Shown one piece after another: positions 29,585 to 39,517 of a stretch of DNA of 52,800 nt; the first letter of the stretch is position 1; every line of letters starts with the position of its first letter. The notes beneath the pieces were generated by a model. That model did no database searches and was not told the DNA's origin. It saw nothing but the letters and a program-made list of their open reading frames with translations. The position numbers were made by a program, and so were the translations under genes. The DNA comes from Microcoleaceae cyanobacterium (GTDB taxonomy: Bacteria; Cyanobacteriota; Cyanobacteriia; Cyanobacteriales; Microcoleaceae), in contig JBOFUV010000064.1 in NCBI GenBank assembly GCA_051652765.1, positions 1 to 52,800 of the forward strand, in the 5' to 3' direction.

Positions 29585-31786
29585 ATGGCGATTATTAATG
29601 GAACAGCTTTAGCAGATGATATCAGACCTGGGTTTCCCCTAGTTGGCGGGCCTATCACTTTTGATGGAACAACTTATAATGCAGGGGACATCATTCCAAC
29701 GTTAGCCCTAGCTGGAAATGATTTAATGCTTGGGCAAGCAGGTGCAGACGTTCTAGGGGGTGGTGAGGGGAATGACACCCTCGTAGGCGGCGCTGATTTG
29801 GACATTCTGCTGGATGGCGGAGCCGGAATTGACTTTGTCTCCTACGAAGATGAACTCGCTGGTGTTCTTGTGCAGCTTGAAGATGCGCCTCTTTTCGGTT
29901 TTAGCGGCCCCGATGGCGCGGCAATCATCACGAATGTTGAAGGCGTTATTGGCGCAACTGCCGGAGGTAACAACTTAACTGGCAACAGTGGCAACAACAC
30001 TCTGATTGGTGGCAACCTTGGTGATTTCCTCGCAGGTGAAGCAGGAGATGACACCTTAGCTGGAAAAGAGGGTGATGACGGACTATTCGGTGGTGAAGGG
30101 AATGACCTGTTGCAAGGGAATGCAGGCAATGACTTTATCAATGGAGAAGCTGGAAACGACCTAATCCAGGGTGGAGAAGGCAATGACCAACTGACTGGAG
30201 GCGGGGGCCTAGACACTCTCCAAGGCGGCCTAGGCAATGACATTTATACCGTTAATCTGCTTGCGCTCGCTGGCGGCACTCGGATTGAAGATGTGGGAGG
30301 CGTGACTGACCGTTTGATTCTCGATCCGGCCCTCACCGTTTTTGCTACGGCTCCGAATACTACAAGTGTCGGTGTGGCACGGGATGGGGAGAACTTGATC
30401 CTGGATATCAACCGCAACGGAATTGCTGATCCGGATACCGACTTGACCATCGTTAAGTTCTACGGCAACGCAACTGAAAGCGCTCCTGGAGTTGGGTTCA
30501 TCGAAGACCTAAACGGTTTGGATGCGAACACCGTTTTGGCGAATACCATTCCTGATATCAATCCTGTTCCTGGCACTGTTCTCGGAACCAACGGCAACGA
30601 CAACCTGGCTGGAACTCCTAGCAATGAAACCGTTCGAGGCTTGAACGGTAACGATACTTTGACCGGGGGTGGCGGTGCAGACTTGCTCCAAGGTGGCCTA
30701 GGTAACGACATTTACACCCTCAACAACTTGACAACCGTTGGCGGAACCAAGGTTGAAGACGAAGGTGGCAACGATACTGTTAACTTCGATCCAGCCTTAA
30801 CGGTTGTTGCAGCACCTCCCAGCCCAACCCAAGTCGGTGTCGCTCGGATTGGCCCTGATTTGATTGTGGATGTTAGCCGCGATGGTCGGATTGATCCCAA
30901 TGCTGATGTTACCCTCGTTGACTTCTTTGCAAACGCAACCAGCACTGATGCTGGAGTTGGCTTCATCGAAAGCGTTGGCGGTCTTTCTGGCAATACCATT
31001 CGTCTAAATGCGGTTGAAATTCCTAAGATTGCCGTTGTGACTCCCATTCCCAACAACACCGTTCCTGGTCAGCCCGTGGAAGGATTCACTCCATTCAGTG
31101 AAGTTCGGTTTGGCGACACTACTGTGTTTGTTCTCTCCAACGAACCCGATTCCCAGCAAGTTCCAGGTCGGAACCTGCAAATTTTGGGTCTGTCTGGCAA
31201 CGATACCCTGACCGGAACCTCTGGCGAGAATGACATCCTGGGCAACAAAGGCGCAGACGAAATCAGCGGCGGAGATAGCGATGACATCATTCGGGGCGGC
31301 CAAGGTTCCGACCTACTCAATGGCGGCAACGATGAAGACCTGCTCAATGGCAACCAAGACAACGACATCCTTAATGGCGGCAGTGCCGATGACATCCTCC
31401 GAGGCGGTCGGGGCGATGATATTCTCAGTGGTGGTGACAACCAAGATGCTCTAATTGGTGACCTAGGTCGAGATTTCCTCACCGGTGGTGCAGACAAAGA
31501 CATCTTTGTTCTGAGCGGTGGAGAAGCCGCAGTCAGCAGCTTGAATCAAGCTGATATCGTCACAGATTTCGTGGCAGGGGCAGACAAGATCATGCTCACC
31601 AACAACTTAAGATTTGATCAACTGAAGTTGGTACAGGTCGATCTGCAAATTGATGGCGGCACCTCTGTGATTTCTACAGCAATCCAGACTCCAGAAAATG
31701 CTTACCTGGGAGTTGTTCAGGGCGCATTCACTCTGAGTTCTGGTGACTTTATCGCTGAAGACAAAGGCATCACTAACCTGGGTTAA
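29585..31786 (+). CDS. RTX/hemolysin-type calcium-binding protein
   Basis: Many GGxGxDxLx nonapeptides and an internal domain duplication. Confidence 0.92.
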   Translation: MAIINGTALADDIRPGFPLVGGPITFDGTTYNAGDIIPTLALAGNDLMLGQAGADVLGGGEGNDTLVGGADLDILLDGGAGIDFVSYEDELAGVLVQLEDAPLFGFSGPDGAAIITNVEGVIGATAGGNNLTGNSGNNTLIGGNLGDFLAGEAGDDTLAGKEGDDGLFGGEGNDLLQGNAGNDFINGEAGNDLIQGGEGNDQLTGGGGLDTLQGGLGNDIYTVNLLALAGGTRIEDVGGVTDRLILDPALTVFATAPNTTSVGVARDGENLILDINRNGIADPDTDLTIVKFYGNATESAPGVGFIEDLNGLDANTVLANTIPDINPVPGTVLGTNGNDNLAGTPSNETVRGLNGNDTLTGGGGADLLQGGLGNDIYTLNNLTTVGGTKVEDEGGNDTVNFDPALTVVAAPPSPTQVGVARIGPDLIVDVSRDGRIDPNADVTLVDFFANATSTDAGVGFIESVGGLSGNTIRLNAVEIPKIAVVTPIPNNTVPGQPVEGFTPFSEVRFGDTTVFVLSNEPDSQQVPGRNLQILGLSGNDTLTGTSGENDILGNKGADEISGGDSDDIIRGGQGSDLLNGGNDEDLLNGNQDNDILNGGSADDILRGGRGDDILSGGDNQDALIGDLGRDFLTGGADKDIFVLSGGEAAVSSLNQADIVTDFVAGADKIMLTNNLRFDQLKLVQVDLQIDGGTSVISTAIQTPENAYLGVVQGAFTLSSGDFIAEDKGITNLG

Positions 31787-31794
31787 CGCCCCCT

Positions 31795-31837
31795 AACCAA
31801 AGGCAGTAAGAGCTATAAGCCTTTACTGCCTTTGGTT
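31795..31837 (+). terminator. Hairpin terminator after the RTX gene
   Basis: AACCAAAGGCAGTAA ... TTACTGCCTTTGGTT. Confidence 0.8.
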
Positions 31838-32085
31838 CTGACTCCATTTTTCTCACACAGCTTGTGCAATTCATTTTTGGCAATAGTCCCAAGTCTTAAG
31901 TCTCAAATTTAAAACTTAAAACTTAAAACTCCATTCTGGCTCAACTCGTCAAAATTTATGTCACTAGTTCGCTTTTGAATGCTGTTACAAGCATTCAAAA
32001 GCGGATTGCGTTTGTCTGAAGATCTAGAAGAAACCGATGGGCTCATCAAGTTCCGCCAAAATATCCACATCACTTTGCAGGTTAA

Positions 32086-32139
32086 CTTGATCTCGTTATG
32101 CTCAAATTTGACCAAAGCCCCAAAAATATGAAAGACCAA
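32086..32139 (-). pseudogene. Serine recombinase (resolvase/invertase) fragment
   Basis: LVFHIFGALVKFEHNEIK resembles the resolvase helix LVFHIFGALAEFERxLI. Confidence 0.55.
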
Positions 32140-32160
32140 CGTCAGGATTTAATGTCGTCA

Positions 32161-32175
32161 ATGCAAGAAACGCAT
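32161..32175 (+). promoter_or_regulatory. NtcB (LysR) binding motif
   Basis: ATGC-N7-GCAT (AT-N11-AT) upstream of the NtcA box of nirA. Confidence 0.7.
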
Positions 32176-32212
32176 ATAAATTATGCTAGAAAAACATAAA
32201 AATTTGGATTTT

Positions 32213-32254
32213 GTAAATTTTGCTACGATCTGGCGGCTTGAGACTTTCTAATCT
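32213..32254 (+). promoter_or_regulatory. NtcA-activated promoter of the nirA operon
   Basis: GTA-N8-TAC (32213-32226), 22-nt spacer, TAATCT -10 (32249-32254). Confidence 0.85.
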
Positions 32255-32319
32255 TAGGTATTGATAAAATCCTAGAGACATCATCCAGTAGGACTTTAGA
32301 AGACTTAAGGGAACACTCG

Positions 32320-34191
32320 ATGACTAGTACAGTAGAGCCCACAGAAACGCTTAACAAGTTCGAGAGGTTCAAGGCGGAGAAAGACGGTCTAGCCATCAAA
32401 GCAGAGATTGAAGCATTTGCGCGGATGGGGTGGGAAGCGATGGACGAGACCGATCGCAACCACCGGCTCAAGTGGCTAGGGGTATTCTTCCGCCCAGTAA
32501 CTCCTGGTAAGTTCATGTTGAGGCTGCGACTGCCCAATGGAGTGATGACTGCCGAACAAATGGTTGTTTTGGCAGAAATCGTCCAACGTTATGGCGATGA
32601 CGGCAGTGCTGACATCACCACCCGGCAAAACCTCCAGCTTCGAGGCATTCGGATTGAAGACATCCCTGATATTTTCCGGCGGATGGATCAAGTTGGGCTC
32701 ACTAGCATCCAATCTGGCATGGACAACGTGCGAAACATCACGGGTTCTCCAGTGGCTGGTTTGGATGCCGATGAACTCTATGATACTCGCGAGTTGGTAA
32801 CCCAGGTTCAAGACATGATTACCAACAATGGTGAGGGTAATCCAGAGTTCACCAACCTACCCCGAAAATTCAATATTGCGATCGCCGGATGTCGAGACAA
32901 CTCTATTCATGCGGAGATTAACGATATTGCGTTTGTTCCTGCGTTCAAGGGGGAAACCTTTGGCTTTAATGTTCTGGTCGGAGGATTCTTCTCGGCTCGA
33001 CGCTGCGAAGCCGCTATTCCTCTGAATGCCTGGGTACAGCCGGAACAGGTTGTTGCTCTCTGTCGCGCCATTCTAGAAGTCTATCGAGACAACGGCTTAC
33101 GGGCCAATCGCCAGAAATCTCGCCTGATGTGGCTGATTGATGAATGGGGTTTGGAGAAATTTCGGACTGAAGTTGAACGGCAGCTCGGTCAATCTTTAGA
33201 GCCAGAAGCCGAAAAGGACGAGATTCTCTGGGACAAGCGGGATCACATTGGCATCTACAAGCAAAAGCAACCTGGGCTGAACTATGTTGGGCTGTTGGTT
33301 CCGGTTGGGCGGTTGTCTGCTAGCAATATGTTCGAGTTGGCACGGTTAGCCGCTGTTTACGGCAGTGATGAAATTCGTCTGACAGTAGAGCAGAATGTCA
33401 TTATTCCCAATATTCCTGACTCTCGCCTGGACACATTCCTTACAGAGCCGTTACTCGAAAAATTCGCTATTAGTCCTGCTCCCCTAACCCGGGCTTTGGT
33501 TTCCTGTACAGGGGCTCAGTTTTGTAACTTTGCCTTGGTTGAAACCAAGCAACGGGCTTTAGCCGTTGCTCAGGAACTAGAAGCTGAGCTTTCGATTCCC
33601 CAGCCTGTCCGAATGCACTGGACAGGTTGCCCCAACTCCTGTGGTCAACCTCAGGTTGCAGAAATTGGGCTCATGGGAACCAAGGTTCGTAAAAACGGTA
33701 AGACGTTGGAAGGAGTTGACTTGTACATGGGGGGTAAAGTTGGCAAAGATGCTCGACTAGGAACCTGTGTCCGCAAAGGAATTCCCTGTGAAGATCTCAA
33801 ACCCATCTTGCGTGAGATTTTAATGGAGCAATTTGGAGCTGAGCCTTTAAAGGGCCTGAATGGGTCAAGTGTAGTTGTTGCTCCTGAACATCAGGGCGAA
33901 GACTCCAACATTGATCAGGCTGCGAAGCCAGCCATAATTGGGTTTGCCAAGTCCGGCAAAGAAATTAACTGCTCCGAGGCAGATTCTATTCTGGATGTTG
34001 CAGAACAGGCAGGGATTGAGCTTGATAGCAGTTGCCGAGCCGGTAACTGTGGCACTTGTAAGCAGAGATTGGTGCATGGGGAAGTGTGTTATGAAGGTGA
34101 ACCAGAAGCGTTAAGTCAGGGCGATCGCCAGCAAGGATATATTCTGACTTGCATTGCCCGTCCGTTGGGTCGAGTTGTCCTAGACCTATAG
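32320..34191 (+). CDS. nirA: Ferredoxin-nitrite reductase with C-terminal 2Fe-2S ferredoxin domain
   Basis: TTRQNLQ, NLPRKFN, CTGAQFC, GCPNSC; tail SSCRAGNCGTC...LTC. Confidence 0.96.
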   Translation: MTSTVEPTETLNKFERFKAEKDGLAIKAEIEAFARMGWEAMDETDRNHRLKWLGVFFRPVTPGKFMLRLRLPNGVMTAEQMVVLAEIVQRYGDDGSADITTRQNLQLRGIRIEDIPDIFRRMDQVGLTSIQSGMDNVRNITGSPVAGLDADELYDTRELVTQVQDMITNNGEGNPEFTNLPRKFNIAIAGCRDNSIHAEINDIAFVPAFKGETFGFNVLVGGFFSARRCEAAIPLNAWVQPEQVVALCRAILEVYRDNGLRANRQKSRLMWLIDEWGLEKFRTEVERQLGQSLEPEAEKDEILWDKRDHIGIYKQKQPGLNYVGLLVPVGRLSASNMFELARLAAVYGSDEIRLTVEQNVIIPNIPDSRLDTFLTEPLLEKFAISPAPLTRALVSCTGAQFCNFALVETKQRALAVAQELEAELSIPQPVRMHWTGCPNSCGQPQVAEIGLMGTKVRKNGKTLEGVDLYMGGKVGKDARLGTCVRKGIPCEDLKPILREILMEQFGAEPLKGLNGSSVVVAPEHQGEDSNIDQAAKPAIIGFAKSGKEINCSEADSILDVAEQAGIELDSSCRAGNCGTCKQRLVHGEVCYEGEPEALSQGDRQQGYILTCIARPLGRVVLDL

Positions 34192-34202
34192 CTTTAAAAC
34201 CG

Positions 34203-34236
34203 CCAAGGTGGAGCGATTGTTGTCCACCTTGGTTTT
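34203..34236 (+). terminator. Hairpin plus T tract after nirA
   Basis: CCAAGGTGGA...TCCACCTTGG-TTTT. Confidence 0.6.
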
Positions 34237-34270
34237 CGGTTCCGATCAACATAAGTAGGAGAATTGAACT

Positions 34271-35020
34271 GTGGTAAGGGTTCCTGAAGACATTCCTGAA
34301 CAGGAAATTGATCAATTAACGCCATCAGAGTCAATTGTACTCAAGGTGATTTCAGCCATTGGCCTAACGATTTTTACAATCTTCATGGTTGTTAATTGGC
34401 ATCGAACCTTGTCTCAACACGCTGCCGCAGAAGCAGCAAAAGCAAAATTGGCCAGCACCCAAACTGCAACGGCTCCTTTTACCCCTGTCTCAATTAGTGG
34501 AACTTCAGTGAATGGAACTGCTGCTCCTGAAACAACACCATCCCAACCTGCGGCAACAGCAACCTCTCTGGTTCAAGAGGGTTTAGCTACTCCTTCAACG
34601 ATTCTGTCTACTGCTGCAGAGTCTTCATCCCCAACCGTCCCGAATGCTGAAGGAACTGTGATCGGCTCAATTTCCCCCGACATCACCTCAGAAACTATGG
34701 CTCAGGACTCTGGGACTAAAATTATAGATTCAGGCCAGGTTCAAGCCCTCAGCAAAACCTTGTCTGACAAAGTTAATGCAGCCTGGACTAAGTCTCCGAC
34801 TTTCTCCAACAACTTAGTTTATTTGGTCAAAGTTCAGGCGGATGGAGACATTTCTGAGTATAAACCGGTGAATCAGTCCGCTGTGGACTTCCTCAAGGAA
34901 ACCCCGCTAGAGACAGTCACCCAGCCTGGAACTGTCTCTGAAGCTGAACCCATTGCTGAGTTTGTTCTGGTTTTAACCCCGAGTAAAAGTTTAGAAGTGA
35001 GTCCCTGGTTGGCTGAATGA
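34271..35020 (+). CDS. Hypothetical single-TM protein with Ser/Thr/Ala/Pro-rich linker
   Basis: GTG with GGAG RBS; TM helix, low-complexity region, C-terminal globular domain. Confidence 0.75.
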   Translation: MVRVPEDIPEQEIDQLTPSESIVLKVISAIGLTIFTIFMVVNWHRTLSQHAAAEAAKAKLASTQTATAPFTPVSISGTSVNGTAAPETTPSQPAATATSLVQEGLATPSTILSTAAESSSPTVPNAEGTVIGSISPDITSETMAQDSGTKIIDSGQVQALSKTLSDKVNAAWTKSPTFSNNLVYLVKVQADGDISEYKPVNQSAVDFLKETPLETVTQPGTVSEAEPIAEFVLVLTPSKSLEVSPWLAE

Positions 35021-35145
35021 TTGAGGTTAGGGCAAGGTTGGCAGAGATAGAGATCATCTAGCCGAGTAACTCCCAGATCACGGTTCAATGTCTGTCTGTC
35101 TGTTCATGGTTTCGTTTTCAACATTTATCACAAAGGAAAATCTAG

Positions 35146-36645
35146 GTGCTCACAGAAATGTGGTCATTTCGAGGCAGGTATAAAATCCTCCATCTGACCT
35201 GGTTTGCGTTTTTTCTCACGTTTGTTATCTGGTTCAACTTTGCACCCCTGGCAACAGCTATTCAGGAAGACTTAGGGCTAGATGTTGCCCAAATCCGAAT
35301 TTTAGCGATTTGCAATGTGGCCTTGACGGTTCCCGCCCGAGTCATTATTGGGATGTTGTTGGATCGCTTTGGCCCTCGAATTACTTACTCTTGTTTGCTG
35401 ATCTACTCTGTAATTCCCTGTATTGGGTGTGCGATCGCCCAAGACTTTAACCAACTGGTCATTTCCCGTTTAGCTTTGAGCATTGTTGGTGCAGGGTTTG
35501 TTATCGGGATTCGCATGGTCGCAGAGTGGTTCCCGCCCAAGGAGATTGGCTTGGCAGAGGGCATCTACGGAGGTTGGGGCAACTTTGGATCGGCTGCGGC
35601 AGCGTTTACCTTACCAACAATTGCTGCTCTCTTGGCGTTTGGAGGTGACATCGTGAACTGGCGGTGGGCGATCGCTGGAACGGGGATCTTCGGAGCAATC
35701 TATGGAATTTTCTACTTCTTCAACGTGCAGGATACTCCCCCTGGAAAAGTCTACCAACGTCCTGTCAAGGCAACTGGAATTGAAGTCACCTCAGTTCGGG
35801 ACTTTTGGTTCTTGATGTTGATGAATGTGCCGCTCAACGTGATTCTTGGCATTCTGGCTTGGCGACTCACGAGAGTGGGGTTCCTTACCCCTGTGGGAAT
35901 GTATGTTACGTGGCTAGCATTGGTCGGACTATATCTGTTCCAGGCTTATGGTTGCTGGAACGTGAATAAAGACTTACTGGCCGGACGCAAGCGTTATCCC
36001 CTGGCAGATCGCTACAACTTTTCCCAAGTCGCGTTGCTAGAACTGACTTACGTGGTTAATTTTGGATCTGAGCTAGCAGTGGTTTCGATGTTGCCCGCGT
36101 TCTTTGAGACCACTTTCGGATTGAGTAGTCAAGCCGCAGGGATGATTGCCGCATCTTATGCCTTCATGAATTTAATGTCTCGTCCCGGTGGGGGTTTAAT
36201 TTCTGACAAAATGGGCAGTCGGCGGGCCACAATGTCAGTGCTGACTGCTGGAATGGCCATCGGTTACCTACTGATGGGTCAGGTGAATGGGGGCTGGTGG
36301 TTGCCGATGGCTGTGTTGCTCTCGATGGCCTGCTCCTTTTTTGTTCAGGCCGGTGAAGGTTCCACCTTTTCAATTGTGCCTTTGATCAAGCGACGGATTA
36401 CGGGGCAGGTTGCTGGCAACGTTGGAGCCTATGGTAATGTGGGTGCAGTCGCTTACCTGACCGTGTTCAGCATCTTGCCCGCCGACGACGTGGGGAACCA
36501 AATCTTCTTTGAATTGCTTGGGGTTACGGCAATGATTGTTGCTTTCCTGTGCTGGTTTTTCCTGAAGGAACCGAGGGGCTCCTTTGCTGAACACCACGAA
36601 GGGGAAGAACACTATGCTCCTGTAACAGAGAGTTCTATCGTTTAA
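35146..36645 (+). CDS. nrtP: Nitrate/nitrite MFS permease (NarK/NRT2 family)
   Basis: TWFAFFLTFVIWF, AEGIYGGWGNFG, FGSELAVVSML, GNVGAYGN. Confidence 0.93.
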   Translation: MLTEMWSFRGRYKILHLTWFAFFLTFVIWFNFAPLATAIQEDLGLDVAQIRILAICNVALTVPARVIIGMLLDRFGPRITYSCLLIYSVIPCIGCAIAQDFNQLVISRLALSIVGAGFVIGIRMVAEWFPPKEIGLAEGIYGGWGNFGSAAAAFTLPTIAALLAFGGDIVNWRWAIAGTGIFGAIYGIFYFFNVQDTPPGKVYQRPVKATGIEVTSVRDFWFLMLMNVPLNVILGILAWRLTRVGFLTPVGMYVTWLALVGLYLFQAYGCWNVNKDLLAGRKRYPLADRYNFSQVALLELTYVVNFGSELAVVSMLPAFFETTFGLSSQAAGMIAASYAFMNLMSRPGGGLISDKMGSRRATMSVLTAGMAIGYLLMGQVNGGWWLPMAVLLSMACSFFVQAGEGSTFSIVPLIKRRITGQVAGNVGAYGNVGAVAYLTVFSILPADDVGNQIFFELLGVTAMIVAFLCWFFLKEPRGSFAEHHEGEEHYAPVTESSIV

Positions 36646-36727
36646 ATTCTTGCTAACTTTCTCAGGGCGCAGCAACACTGTGCCCTTCTTGCATTATCAC
36701 TTTTGGATCATGTGGGACTGAGGGTAC

Positions 36728-36767
36728 TTTAAATAAACTTTGAATTCACTTTTAAAGTTTATTTAAA
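36728..36767. repeat. AT-rich 14-bp inverted repeat after nrtP
   Basis: TTTAAATAAACTTT ... AAAGTTTATTTAAA. Confidence 0.6.
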
Positions 36768-37276
36768 AAAAATGGGCTTGAAAAATTAGTTTAAAAATGA
36801 AATTGAATTCATGAAACTCATTAGATATTTAAATTGTTTTCATAACAAAGACTAAGCATTGCTTGGACAAGAAATTTTTAAATCTTTACATTCCCTGTGA
36901 TGATCTCATTTGAGACCTTTAAGCACAATTTTCTCTCATTAAAGAGATCCTAAAAAGTAAAATATTGAGTATAATTGCTTATTATAACCTCAGGTAAAAT
37001 GTTAATCACGGACAGACTTGGACTCAAGTTTTGACTAAGTTGGCTTAAATAAAAAGCAAAAAGTCTTGGTTTTTAATTTGATTACTAGTAACTTGATTTT
37101 CCATAACTTGTTGACGCAGTCAAGCTTTCGTAGAAATATTGTGAAACTTTAAGATGATGGTCTCTCCCTTCTAGGTTCAAGTGGGCTTAGAAATTCCCTC
37201 TTTTACGAGCTTCACAACTAAAAGCTTCAAACTAAAAGCTTCAGAACCCTGATCAACCAATGATTGGATCGAACCT

Positions 37277-39517
37277 ATGACTGAACTCATAAAAACCCTT
37301 TGTCCTTATTGTGGCGTTGGCTGTGGCTTGGAGGTCTTGCCCCCTGCGTTACCGGGAAAAGCCACGCACCGAGACGCGGAAGGGAATCCCATCTGGCAGG
37401 TTAGAGGCGATCGCGCCCATCCCTCCAGCCAGGGAAAAGTTTGTGTCAAAGGAGCGACTGTTTCAGAATCCTTGGGCCTCAGTCGTTTGAAGCATCCAAT
37501 GATGCGAGAGTCTCTGAATGAGCCGTTTAAACAAGTTACCTGGGATGAAGCTCTAGAGCGGATTGTGCGTCAGATTCGGACAGTACTTGCCACCCAGGGG
37601 CCAGATGGAATTTGTATGTATGGTTCGGGTCAGTTCCAAACTGAAGACTACTATGTTGCTCAGAAGCTGTTAAGGGGATGCTTGGGAACCAATAACTTTG
37701 ATGCCAACTCCCGGTTATGCATGTCTTCAGCCGTGTCAGCCTACATTCAAAGTTTTGGCTCCGATGGCCCGCCCTGTTGCTACGAAGATTTAGAACTGAC
37801 GGATTGTGCTTTCCTAATTGGCACGAATACCGCAGAATGCCATCCCATCGTGTTTAACCGTTTACGTCAGTACCACAAGCGAAATCGAAATGTCAGGCTG
37901 ATTGTGGTTGATCCTCGCACAACTCAAACGGCTGAATCTGCGGATTTGCATCTAGCCATTCAGCCGGGAACTGATATTGACCTGATGAACGGGATTGCCC
38001 ATTTGCTGATGCGGTGGGGCATGGTTGACAGCTTGCTGATTGATGAATGTACCTCCGGATTCTCAAGCTACGCAGAGGTGATTCGTCACTATCCCCCGGA
38101 ATTGGTGGCGCGCAAATGTGGGATTCGCCTAGATGATCTCGAAAAAGCTGCCCGTTGGTGGGGAGAGGCTCAGCGAGTGTTGTCCCTGTGGTCAATGGGC
38201 ATTAACCAATCCTCTGAGGGAACTGCGAAGGCCCGAACCCTGATTAACCTGCACCTGATGACCGGGAATATTGGCAGACCAGGGGCAGGGCCATTTTCCT
38301 TAACAGGCCAGCCAAATGCCATGGGAGGTCGAGAGGCTGGAGGATTGGCCCACATTCTTCCGGGCTATCGAGTGGTCAAAAACCCCCAACACCGGGCCGC
38401 AGTTGAACAGCTTTGGGGCTTAAAATCAGGGGCAATTTGTCCTCATCCGGGCCTCTCTGCGTGGGAGATGATCCTGGGATTGGAGCAGGGTAGGGTAGGG
38501 TTGTATTGGGTCGCGGCAACCAATCCTGCCGTCAGTATGCCGGACTTGGAACGCACAAAGGCCGCTTTGCTCAAGTCTCCCTTCACCGTTTATCAGGACG
38601 CTTATTATCCGACAGAAACCGCAGCCTATGCCCATGTTTTGCTGCCAGCGGCCCAATGGAGTGAGAAAACAGGAACAATGACCAACTCTGAACGGATGGT
38701 TACTCTCTGTCCAGCCTTTCGCACCCCTCCTGGAGTGGCCAAGGCGGATTGGGAAATCTTTGCAGCAGTGGGTCGTCGGTTGGGCTTTATCGAACCGTTT
38801 GACTTTCTAGATTCAGAGGCCGTTCGAACCGAACTGAATCAACTAACCCGTCATCGCCCCTGTGACATGACCGGAATTACCTACGAACGGTTGCGTCGGT
38901 ATGGGCCGATTCAGTGGCCCTGTTCCTCTTCAAAGACCGGAGCCTCCCAAGAAGGCATCTCTTCCCAGGAACTAGCCAATGTGAAACAGACTAACAAGCG
39001 GCTCTATACCGATCTCCGCTTTCACACTGAGGATGGACGAGCCAAATTTGCTGCGTTTCACTCCAATGGCTTAGCTGAGCCTGCTAATTCAAACTACCCC
39101 TTTGTCCTGACCACAGGGCGGCTCTACGGTCATTGGCACACTCAAACCCGAACGGGGCACATTCCTAAGATTCGGAAAATGCACCCAGAAGCCTTGATTG
39201 AAATCCATCCTCGAGATGCTCAAAAATTATCCATCCAGGACGGTCATTGGGTAGAGGTGCGATCGCGCCGGGGCATGGCCCGATTTATGGCCAAAGTTAC
39301 TAAGGCGATTAGTCCCGGAACCGTGTTTATTCCGATGCACTGGGGTTTTCTTTGGGCTGAGCAATCAGAAGCCAATGCCTTGACGCACGCGGAGTGTTGT
39401 CCCAGTTCTTTGCAGCCTGAGTTGAAAGCTTGCGCTGTTCAGCTCATTCCCCTTGGTGCAGAACCTATTATTGCTAAAGCGCAGCTAATCCAGCAACCTG
39501 TTTTGGGGGTGATGTGA
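37277..39517 (+). CDS. narB: Ferredoxin-dependent nitrate reductase
   Basis: CPYCGVGC...[29 protein letters not shown]...HWHTQTRT. Confidence 0.96.
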   Translation: MTELIKTLCPYCGVGCGLEVLPPALPGKATHRDAEGNPIWQVRGDRAHPSSQGKVCVKGATVSESLGLSRLKHPMMRESLNEPFKQVTWDEALERIVRQIRTVLATQGPDGICMYGSGQFQTEDYYVAQKLLRGCLGTNNFDANSRLCMSSAVSAYIQSFGSDGPPCCYEDLELTDCAFLIGTNTAECHPIVFNRLRQYHKRNRNVRLIVVDPRTTQTAESADLHLAIQPGTDIDLMNGIAHLLMRWGMVDSLLIDECTSGFSSYAEVIRHYPPELVARKCGIRLDDLEKAARWWGEAQRVLSLWSMGINQSSEGTAKARTLINLHLMTGNIGRPGAGPFSLTGQPNAMGGREAGGLAHILPGYRVVKNPQHRAAVEQLWGLKSGAICPHPGLSAWEMILGLEQGRVGLYWVAATNPAVSMPDLERTKAALLKSPFTVYQDAYYPTETAAYAHVLLPAAQWSEKTGTMTNSERMVTLCPAFRTPPGVAKADWEIFAAVGRRLGFIEPFDFLDSEAVRTELNQLTRHRPCDMTGITYERLRRYGPIQWPCSSSKTGASQEGISSQELANVKQTNKRLYTDLRFHTEDGRAKFAAFHSNGLAEPANSNYPFVLTTGRLYGHWHTQTRTGHIPKIRKMHPEALIEIHPRDAQKLSIQDGHWVEVRSRRGMARFMAKVTKAISPGTVFIPMHWGFLWAEQSEANALTHAECCPSSLQPELKACAVQLIPLGAEPIIAKAQLIQQPVLGVM

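Noticed and set aside
29842..31503. Several Ser/Pro-rich minus-strand ORFs
   Set aside because: Antisense artefacts of the Gly/Asp-rich RTX repeats.
36650..37276. Hidden gene or foreign insert in the AT-rich nrtP-narB spacer
   Set aside because: No ORF or mobile-element ends found, and no clear NtcA box; only an AT palindrome.
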